55,673 bases of DNA from Vulcanimicrobiota bacterium (GTDB lineage: Bacteria > Vulcanimicrobiota > Xenobia > Xenobiales > JADMJV01), in NCBI GenBank assembly GCA_050486105.1, contig JBJHCR010000004.1, positions 1 to 55,673 of the forward strand, given 5' to 3'. The notes below the pieces were generated by a model, which was not told where the DNA came from, made no database searches, and saw only the letters and a list, made by a program, of their open reading frames with translations. How positions within the stretch are numbered: the first letter of the stretch is position 1; each line of letters starts with the position of its first letter. The translations under genes and the position numbers were made by a program. Of this stretch, positions 19,240 through 26,215 are shown piece by piece.

Positions 19240-20139
19240 TTGAGTGACGAGGAAGACGGCGATAAGAAGAGATTCAAGAGAAAGCCGCTCACCCGTTCGA
19301 AGCGTTTAGGTTCGCGTCGTCGTCGAGGTCAGGAAGACGAAGAGGAGGAGTCGACTTCCGAGGCCGGAGGCGAGGACGCAGCAGACGAAGAACCCGCCGA
19401 CGAGCCGATCGCCACACAACCGGTCTCAGCTACTCGGATACCTCCGCCTCCAACGGCCTCAGGACAGCCCAACTTGGCCGAGGCTACCCCGCCTCCAGGT
19501 GAAGTGTGGGCCAAGACCGTGGGAGCTTCTCGCCGTTTTTTTTCCGAATTTTCCGGATTTGTTGCCGGTTTGGGACGCAGCGCTCAAGAGCAGGGTCAAG
19601 CTTTCGGCCGGGACGTGGTCAAGCCGTTTTCTCAAGCCCTGTTCGAGGCTGCCATCTGTTTATCTCTCTTGTTTGTCATGGCTTTGTTTGGGGGGTTCTT
19701 CGGCCGCTACCTCAAGACCGCCACCGCTCGGGTTGACAAGACCGTAACCTTCCACAATCAGGTGGTTCGGCCGGGCCAGAAAATAGACGAATCCCTGCTC
19801 TCCCAGGGGTTCAACACTGAAGAACTGCACCAGCAGGCGAGTCGCGTGCTGGAGCACCACTTTCGAGCGCTCCAGGAAGGTGAATTTTCCAGGGCCTATC
19901 AGTACCTGTCTCCAGAGTGGCAGAGCGAGTTGCCCATGGAGTCTTTCGAGAAGGGATATCGATCCACTCCCGTCACCGCCTTCAGGGTGGGTCGGGCCGA
20001 AACCATCGACGCACACAAGATCAGGATCAGGGCTCAAGTGCAGGTGGAAGAGTCCGGTCAAGAGCGCCAGTATCAGGCCATCTACCTCATGGTCCTGACT
20101 CGAGACGGCTGGAAGCTCGACGGCGGAGACTTTCGCTAG
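19240..20139 (+). CDS. Single-pass membrane protein, disordered N-terminus, NTF2-like C-terminal domain
   Basis: Charged/Pro-rich N-terminus, one TM, FRALQEGEFSRAYQYLS...DGWKLD pattern; GGGAGG SD with TTG start. Confidence 0.6.
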   Translation: MSDEEDGDKKRFKRKPLTRSKRLGSRRRRGQEDEEEESTSEAGGEDAADEEPADEPIATQPVSATRIPPPPTASGQPNLAEATPPPGEVWAKTVGASRRFFSEFSGFVAGLGRSAQEQGQAFGRDVVKPFSQALFEAAICLSLLFVMALFGGFFGRYLKTATARVDKTVTFHNQVVRPGQKIDESLLSQGFNTEELHQQASRVLEHHFRALQEGEFSRAYQYLSPEWQSELPMESFEKGYRSTPVTAFRVGRAETIDAHKIRIRAQVQVEESGQERQYQAIYLMVLTRDGWKLDGGDFR

Positions 20140-20394
20140 GAGTGAGCGTTAGTCGAACGCTGGGACATCGCGCGAGCCCTGGCTTGGGCTAGGAGCCCGA
20201 TGCCTTGCTCGATCTCGGACTTCGTAGTGCTGGCAAAGCCTAGGAGGCTGCTGAATTAATCTCCGCGTCGCGAGACTCGTCCATTATTGTCCATGCAAAA
20301 TCGTTTGACCCGTTGGGATGCCGATTTCGGAAGTCACGTTTTGCTCTTGAGGGGCGTTGATGCACTCATTGAGCCTTGGAAACAGGCAGGGAAG

Positions 20395-20432
20395 TTGCTC
20401 TGTATTTGACCGTGATGTACAATATACATCAC
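20395..20432 (+). promoter_or_regulatory. TA promoter (TTGCTC-N17-TACAAT) with overlapping 8-bp inverted-repeat operator
   Basis: GTGATGTA-caata-TACATCAC at 20412-20432 is a perfect inverted repeat that covers the -10 and abuts the antitoxin ATG. Confidence 0.7.
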
Positions 20433-20669
20433 ATGAAGAGGACGCAGATTTACCTGACTGAAGAACAATGGCGAGACCTGAAGGTCCGGAGTCGGCAAGA
20501 ATCGGTGTCCGTCGCTGAGTTGGTCCGGCAAGCGGTCGACGAGGTGTATCGTAAACCCGGCGCCAGCTTTGAGAGCGCTCTTAGGAGCGTGGCTGGATTG
20601 TGGGCTGATCGAGAAGATCTCGACACCGAGGAATACCTGCGAGAACTGCGCGAAAGCGACCGTGTCTGA
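20433..20669 (+). CDS. vapB: Ribbon-helix-helix (CopG-type) antitoxin
   Basis: MKRTQIYL...VSVAELVRQAVD RHH pattern; overlaps the downstream PIN gene. Confidence 0.85.
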   Translation: MKRTQIYLTEEQWRDLKVRSRQESVSVAELVRQAVDEVYRKPGASFESALRSVAGLWADREDLDTEEYLRELRESDRV

Positions 20670-21045
20670 TCGTCTTCTCGACTCCGACGTGATCATCGAG
20701 GTGCTCCGAGGTTCTGCCAAAGTGCATACTTATCTTGAGCACTCCCATCGTGCCGGGCGGGTCATCCATTACACCGCTGTGAACCTCGCCGAGATCTTTC
20801 ATGGGATCCGGCCTCGGGAGGAAGTTGCGGTCCGCGAATTCTTTGGGCAACTGCTCTGTTTACCTTTGACTCGAGCCGTCGGGGAGCGAGCCGGTAGGTA
20901 CCTGGCTACCTATCACGCAAGTCATGGCCTACGCCTTGGTGACGCCTTGCCCGCTGCCTGCGCGGTGGAGTACGACTGTGTTTTGGCAACACTCAATGTC
21001 CGTCACTACCCAATGACAGATCTTAAGCTCGAGCGACCAGAATAG
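20662..21045 (+). CDS. vapC: VapC PIN-domain toxin
   Basis: LLDSDVIIE, LAEI, LGDAL and ATLNVRHY PIN motifs; GTG start at 20662. Confidence 0.88.
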   Translation: MSDRLLDSDVIIEVLRGSAKVHTYLEHSHRAGRVIHYTAVNLAEIFHGIRPREEVAVREFFGQLLCLPLTRAVGERAGRYLATYHASHGLRLGDALPAACAVEYDCVLATLNVRHYPMTDLKLERPE

Positions 21046-21108
21046 AGCGAGCATCCTTGAGGGCGACAAGGACAAAAAATAGACAGAACGGGATTTCAAG
21101 TTGCCAAA

Positions 21109-21648
21109 TCAGCTGCTGAGGCTCTCCAACGCTTTAGCGTAAGCGCGCTCGTCCTTTTCAGAAAACGTCACTATTCTGATGAGATCGAAGGCTTTGGGGT
21201 GAACTCGGCAATAGTCGAGGATGGTGGTCCAAGCGATGGTGGCCGCCTTGTTTAGTGGAAATCGATAGGCTCCGGTGCTGATGGAGGGAAAGGCGATGCT
21301 GCGAAGCCCGTTTTCGGCGGCCACCTCGAGGCTGCTTTCATAGGCCGAGGCCAGTAGGTCTTCCTCTTTGGACTCTCCCCCACGCCAGACGGGCCCGACA
21401 GTGTGAATCACCCGTTTGGCCGGCAGCGCTCCGGCGGTGGTCGCCACGGCCTTGCCCGTCGGGCATCCACCTTTGATGGTGCGGCACTCGGCCTTGATCG
21501 CCGGACCTCCGGCCTTATGAATAGCGCCATCAACACCGCCACCTCCAGAAAGCGCAGCGTTGGCTGCGTTCACTATTCCATCCACCTGCTGGCGGGTGAT
21601 ATCACCTTGGACCACTTCCAGGGTCGTTTGTTCCAACTCATGTCTCAT
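21109..21648 (-). CDS. ymdB: Macrodomain O-acetyl-ADP-ribose deacetylase / ADP-ribosylhydrolase (MacroD/YmdB type)
   Basis: GDIT, IVNAAN, GGGGVDGAIH, AFPSISTGAY. Confidence 0.9.
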   Translation of the reverse strand: MRHELEQTTLEVVQGDITRQQVDGIVNAANAALSGGGGVDGAIHKAGGPAIKAECRTIKGGCPTGKAVATTAGALPAKRVIHTVGPVWRGGESKEEDLLASAYESSLEVAAENGLRSIAFPSISTGAYRFPLNKAATIAWTTILDYCRVHPKAFDLIRIVTFSEKDERAYAKALESLSS

Positions 21649-21680
21649 GAGAGGTTCTTGGAAGAAACTTGGGGGGATTC

Positions 21681-22145
21681 CTATTGCCAGTCCAGTGCTT
21701 TTTCCAACTCGAGCAAGCTCGACTTGGCCTCAAGTCCGTAGGCATAGCCGGTGAGTTGGCCTGAAGCACCGAGCACTCGATGACAGGGTATGATGATGGC
21801 AATGGGATTGGCTCCATTGGCTGCTCCCACGGCTCGAGCCGCTCCCGGGCTCCCCAGGTCCTTAGCCAGGCGTCCATATGTTGAGGTGCGACCAAACGGG
21901 ATGCTCCTCAAGGCCGACCAGACAGCTTGCTGAAAGGGCGTACCTTGCGGCTCCAAAGGCACCTCAAAGCTCCGCCTTTGGCCGAGGAAATACTCTTGCA
22001 ACTGCTGCACCACAGGTGAACTGAGCTTAGTTACCTCACGCCAAGCAGTGTCCGGTTTTTGGCCCAGAATCAAGTGGCGCAGCCTTCCCTGTTCTTCGGC
22101 TATGGTCAGCGGCCCCAGGGGGCTGTCCATGACAAGATAATCCAT
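21681..22145 (-). CDS. ogt: Methylated-DNA--protein-cysteine methyltransferase
   Basis: GTPFQQAVW, ARAVGAANGANP, PCHRV; GGAGG SD before ATG 22145. Confidence 0.93.
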   Translation of the reverse strand: MDYLVMDSPLGPLTIAEEQGRLRHLILGQKPDTAWREVTKLSSPVVQQLQEYFLGQRRSFEVPLEPQGTPFQQAVWSALRSIPFGRTSTYGRLAKDLGSPGAARAVGAANGANPIAIIIPCHRVLGASGQLTGYAYGLEAKSSLLELEKALDWQ

Positions 22146-23499
22146 TCTTACCTCCTCTCCATAGGGCCATGGCGGCATAAGCTCGCCAAGGACTCCATTC
22201 TAGGAAGCTTTTCTCAAGCTCTTTGTCTGAGGCCACTCCCAAAGCTTTTCGTAGGACCAGGTCTCCGTGGGGGAAAGCATCGGTCTGCCCACTCACCCGC
22301 ATGGCCAGATATCCGGCAGTCCATGGCCCGATCCCTAAAACGGACTGCAGTTCACCTGGATCTTGCAGACTCAAGGTTCCGTTTGTGATCCTCTCCGACA
22401 CATCTCGCAAGGTCTGGGCTCTGGTCCTGGGGATACCCAACTCTTCCAAAGGCGCACATTTCAGCTCCTCGGGTTTTGGGAAGTGCCCGGGCTTGCCGAA
22501 TCTGTCCATGAGCCGAGCGCAAAGGGTCGTGGCGGCGGCCACGCTGACGCGCTGTCCCAAGATGGTGCGCACCGTTGTTTCGAACGGATCCCAGCTTCCG
22601 GGCACCCGGAGACCCTGGAGGTGGGGACGCAATCTAGGGTCAGAGCCCAGGGTTTGTTCCATAGGCTGGGGATTGAGGTCCAAGTCGAAGAGACGGCGGA
22701 TTTTGCGGCCGATATCGAAGAGTTCAGCTATCTGAAAGTCACCCCGGAAGGTCACTTCTAGATAGTCCTCGAGACCAGGGCGGACTTCGACCTCAAGGTC
22801 TTTGTCTCGTCTTCGGTAGGCTCCCGGCTCCAAGAAGTCCAGGCCCGGTATGGCCCGTTCACCTAGGAAGGTGCAAAGGAAATTCCAATCCAAGGGAGCC
22901 TGATATCGCAAGCGCAAGGAAACCGCAGTGGCCTCGGAAAAATTCTGACGGCGCCACTGCCCAGGCGATATTCCGTGGACGCGGCGAAAAGTATCGTGGA
23001 GTTGGCGCAGGCTGGTGAACCCCGCCGCAAAAGCCACTTCGGTGATTTGGAGATTTGAGTCTTCCAATAAGGCTCTGGCTCGAGCTAGGCGTTGAGTTCT
23101 GAGCACCTGAGAGGGGCCGGCTCCCAAGCACTCCTGGAAGAGTCGGCGGAGATGGCGCTCGCTGGTCCCTAGGGCTTCGGACAAGGCGGAAAAGTTTTGT
23201 AAGTCCAGGAAGCCCTCATCGATTTTGTCTAGGGCCCGCTTCACCAAGCCCGACTGGTCTGACGGACTTCTATTCTGGCTCACCAGTTCCGGTCGGCACC
23301 GGCGGCAAGCTCGAAACCCCTTGGCTTGGGCCTCGGCGGCACTCTTCAAGAAAACCACATTCTTGCGAAGGGGAGTGCGCGCCGGGCAGACCGAACGGCA
23401 GTAGATTCCGGGGGTCTTCACTCCCGTGAAAAACAGGCCGTCGACTCTGGGGTCTCTGGCCTGAATCCAAGAGTAGCATTGCTCTGGGTCCAAGGTCAT
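22036..23499 (-). CDS. alkA: Ada-AlkA fusion (Ada Zn-binding domain, AraC HTH, 3-methyladenine DNA glycosylase)
   Basis: GIYCRSVC...FRACRRC Zn ligands, AraC HTH (ITEVAFAAGF), ILGQRVSV, GIGPWTA HhH, FPHGDL, PWRAYA. Start trimmed to ATG 23499. Confidence 0.92.
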   Translation of the reverse strand: MTLDPEQCYSWIQARDPRVDGLFFTGVKTPGIYCRSVCPARTPLRKNVVFLKSAAEAQAKGFRACRRCRPELVSQNRSPSDQSGLVKRALDKIDEGFLDLQNFSALSEALGTSERHLRRLFQECLGAGPSQVLRTQRLARARALLEDSNLQITEVAFAAGFTSLRQLHDTFRRVHGISPGQWRRQNFSEATAVSLRLRYQAPLDWNFLCTFLGERAIPGLDFLEPGAYRRRDKDLEVEVRPGLEDYLEVTFRGDFQIAELFDIGRKIRRLFDLDLNPQPMEQTLGSDPRLRPHLQGLRVPGSWDPFETTVRTILGQRVSVAAATTLCARLMDRFGKPGHFPKPEELKCAPLEELGIPRTRAQTLRDVSERITNGTLSLQDPGELQSVLGIGPWTAGYLAMRVSGQTDAFPHGDLVLRKALGVASDKELEKSFLEWSPWRAYAAMALWRGGKNGLSCHGQPPGAADHSRRTGKAAPLDSGPKTGHCLA

Positions 23500-23505
23500 G
23501 CTCTG

Positions 23506-23514
23506 ACTATAGCA
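23506..23514 (-). promoter_or_regulatory. Extended -10 (TGcTATAGT) giving a probable leaderless ada-alkA mRNA
   Basis: Minus strand TGC-TATAGT, then 6 nt to ATG 23499; no SD. Confidence 0.55.
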
Positions 23515-23671
23515 CCCGATCCCAGGCCAAGTCTGGCGAGAATCGGACATCAATGTTTTGATTGCTCGCCAAGCAACCGGCAGCCAGAATTTCCGAGAAC
23601 TCTCCCCGAGCGAAGGTGCGGAACCGAGGCTTACGAAGAAATTCTGTCATGCCCAAAGGACCTCGAGAACG

Positions 23672-24379
23672 ATGACCGACTTCGTACTGGTACACGGCGC
23701 CTGGCATGGCGGTTGGTGTTGGAGGCGAGTTTCCTCCAATCTCTTGGCAGCTGGTCACCGCACCTTCACCCCCAGCCTGACCGGCTCGGGAGACCGCTGT
23801 CAGGAGTTGGCTCCTGACAATAACCTCACCCTTCACGTCAACGATATTGTCAGCTTGATTCGCACCGAAGGACTCGACCGCTTCATCCTGTGCGGGCACT
23901 CTGACGGAGGAATGGTGGTCCGCCGGGTGGCCGAGATCGCGCCTCCGTCGGCCTTGGTCTATTTGGACGCCTATGTGCCTAAAGACGGGCAGAGCGGACT
24001 CGACCTACGTTCCCCGGAAGCCAACTCGAAGTTGCGGCAAAGCGTGCAGGAAGGCTGGAGAGTGCCGCCTCCCAAAGCCGCCGACTTTGGAGTGGAGGAC
24101 GAGGCGGACCTGAACTGGGTGGACTCGATGCTAAGCCCCATGTCCCTGGGCTGTTTCAAAGAAAGAATCGCCCTATCCGACTTGCCATTGTCGCTTCCGA
24201 CTTTCTATCTCAGAACAGCCTGGCCGAATGCTAGCTTGGATGGTTTCTATCAGCAAGGCCTAAGGGCCGGCTGGGAGGTCGAACAGTGGAGCGGTGGCCA
24301 CGAAATGATGATCGACAAAAGCCAAGAGACCTCCGCCTACCTTCTGAAGATCGCCCAGAGGGTACCGGGGGAGAGTTAG
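23672..24379 (+). CDS. Alpha/beta hydrolase (methylesterase-like)
   Basis: FVLVHGAWHGGWCW, GHSDGG nucleophile elbow, C-terminal GHEMM; start ATG 23672. Confidence 0.88.
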   Translation: MTDFVLVHGAWHGGWCWRRVSSNLLAAGHRTFTPSLTGSGDRCQELAPDNNLTLHVNDIVSLIRTEGLDRFILCGHSDGGMVVRRVAEIAPPSALVYLDAYVPKDGQSGLDLRSPEANSKLRQSVQEGWRVPPPKAADFGVEDEADLNWVDSMLSPMSLGCFKERIALSDLPLSLPTFYLRTAWPNASLDGFYQQGLRAGWEVEQWSGGHEMMIDKSQETSAYLLKIAQRVPGES

Positions 24380-24495
24380 AGAGTGAGTTCGGGCCAGCCT
24401 TTGACAGACCCTCTGCTCAAGTCAGGACTATGCTGGGAGAGGGAGGAGCTAATGGCTAAAGCTCATCACAGACCCAAGGACGCGGGCTCTCTGGG

Positions 24496-24524
24496 TGGAC
24501 AAAGTGGTCTCTTGAGACTACAAT
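24496..24524 (+). promoter_or_regulatory. TA promoter (TGGACA-N17-TACAAT) with inverted-repeat operator; leaderless
   Basis: -35 at 24496-24501, -10 at 24519-24524, 6 nt then ATG 24531; imperfect inverted repeat GTGGTCTC-TT-GAGACTAC at 24504-24521. Confidence 0.7.
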
Positions 24525-24530
24525 GTTTCC

Positions 24531-24827
24531 ATGGAGCAGGTAGGCATTCGAGAGCTAAAGAGTAACTTGAGCAGTTACATCCGAAGAGCGAGTGCTGGAG
24601 AAATTATCGTGGTCACGGACCGGGGCAAGGTGGTGGCACAACTCCGCGCTCCAGGTCCGCTGCCGGATGAAGGGGATTTGCCTCCGCTGTTATTGAAGGC
24701 CGCCGCCGAGGGTAAAGTCAAGCTGGGACGAGGGGCCGCTTCCATGGGATTGTTTTCGTCCCGCCCAGTATCGGCTCCGGAAGGAACCGCGCTCGGACTT
24801 CTCCACGAGACGCGTGGCGACAGGTGA
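24531..24827 (+). CDS. Phd/YefM family antitoxin
   Basis: VGIRELKSNLSSYIRRASAGEIIVVTDRGKVVAQL; GTGA overlap with the toxin gene. Confidence 0.88.
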   Translation: MEQVGIRELKSNLSSYIRRASAGEIIVVTDRGKVVAQLRAPGPLPDEGDLPPLLLKAAAEGKVKLGRGAASMGLFSSRPVSAPEGTALGLLHETRGDR

Positions 24828-25249
24828 GATTGTTGGTGGAGTCCAGCGCCGTTCTCACCTGGCTGCTGGACGAAGTTCGAGCAGCCGAGATCAATTCGTT
24901 GCTGCTGAAAGCGGAATTCGTATTGACTTCAAACCTCACCTGGATTGAATGTGACCGCGTTCTCCATCGCTATGCCGCTTTAAGGCATTGCTCGGACATC
25001 AATATACCGCAAATTCGAGCACGCTTTGAAGAGATCCAGTCGCTTTGGAGTTCCGTCGAACTGACTATCGAATGTCAACAGCGTGCTCGCAGACCCTTTC
25101 CGGTGGAGCCGGTCAGGACACTCGACGCCCTTCACCTCTCCACCGCTCTTATCGCTGCGGAGTGGGTGCCAAACCTACGCATCCTGAGTCTTGACACCCG
25201 CCTGCGGGACAATGCCTCAGCGCTCGGTCTGCAGGTGTTGCCTGGTTGA
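24824..25249 (+). CDS. vapC: VapC PIN-domain toxin
   Basis: LVESSAVL, TWIE, RTLDALHLSTAL, LSLDTRL. Confidence 0.85.
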   Translation: MRLLVESSAVLTWLLDEVRAAEINSLLLKAEFVLTSNLTWIECDRVLHRYAALRHCSDINIPQIRARFEEIQSLWSSVELTIECQQRARRPFPVEPVRTLDALHLSTALIAAEWVPNLRILSLDTRLRDNASALGLQVLPG

Positions 25250-25324
25250 GGGATTTCAAGCGTGGACCTGATCGTGTTCCGAAGGAATCGTTGGTTATTC
25301 CCGAGTGATTGGGCTGGGGGCTTT

Positions 25325-26215
25325 CTAAATCTTCCGCGCCAACAAGCGGTAAGACCCAGGAACCGGCAGACAAAGAGGAAGGGTGGCCAATTTGGTTCGG
25401 GTGATAGGGGCAAGCCATCGGTGGCCGGTGTGGTGGGCTACCGTCGAAATGTTCATCCAGTGGCGTTCGGTGACCAATTCCAGGCGTTCGAGCCCGTTTT
25501 CTCTGACCAGAGTATCGAGGTGGCTGGCATTGAGAAAATACAAGGCGTTGGGAGTCATCTTGAAGCGGCCTTTCAAATGGCGGGCCCAATGGTCGTACTG
25601 GTGAAAGTTTAAGGCCAGCAAGCCACCAGGTTGCAGCCAATTGGCAAGCTTGTGAAAAGTCTGGGCTGGGTCGTGGAAGTTGCTGTCGCAGCCCCAAGCG
25701 GCGATTCCGTTGAAGCTCTGAGGCTTGTAGTCGCTGTCTTCCACCGACCCGCGAGTGACCTTCAGGCTCGGTGAGCGAAGTTGGGCACTGTGGGTGACCA
25801 TTTGCTTGGAGAGTTCCAGGCCTTCAGCTTGCACTCCGTCTTTGGCCAAGGCTTCCAAAAAGTAACCGGCAGCAGACCCGACCTCCAGGGCGCGCAAAGG
25901 ATGAGAAGGGAACTCCTGGCGAAGTTTTTTGACAAACCAATGCGCTCTTTGGTCTGCTTGGCGTTTTCTCCAGGACTTCTCTGCCAAGTAGTCCTGGTAC
26001 CCTTCTTCTCCGCACCAATAGTCCTTGGAGTCGTAAAGCAGCGACAGGGCGAGAACGCTGGGACGAGGATCCAGATAGACCAGGGAGCAGCTGGCACAGC
26101 GCACCCAGCGGAGGTATAACTCTCCTTCTCCTAGGCCGACCTCTCGCTCCACTGTCCGTTCACGATGGTGGCAAAGGTAGCAAGACTTTTGGTCTACGAA
26201 TTGGGCTCCGTTCAA
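25325..26215 (-). CDS. Class I SAM-dependent methyltransferase with N-terminal Zn ribbon
   Basis: CYLC...CASC; ALEVGSAAGYFL motif I; LQPGGLL; TTGA overlap with the upstream GT-C-like gene. Confidence 0.85.
   Translation of the reverse strand: MNGAQFVDQKSCYLCHHRERTVEREVGLGEGELYLRWVRCASCSLVYLDPRPSVLALSLLYDSKDYWCGEEGYQDYLAEKSWRKRQADQRAHWFVKKLRQEFPSHPLRALEVGSAAGYFLEALAKDGVQAEGLELSKQMVTHSAQLRSPSLKVTRGSVEDSDYKPQSFNGIAAWGCDSNFHDPAQTFHKLANWLQPGGLLALNFHQYDHWARHLKGRFKMTPNALYFLNASHLDTLVRENGLERLELVTERHWMNISTVAHHTGHRWLAPITRTKLATLPLCLPVPGSYRLLARKI

Noticed and set aside
20140-20394. Intergenic stretch with small hairpins as an ncRNA or pseudogene
   Set aside because: Only 5-6 bp stems, no recognisable RNA family motif, and the frames I translated showed no recognisable protein.
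20395-25249. Mobile element or prophage
   Set aside because: No integrase, transposase, phage gene, terminal inverted repeat or target-site duplication seen.
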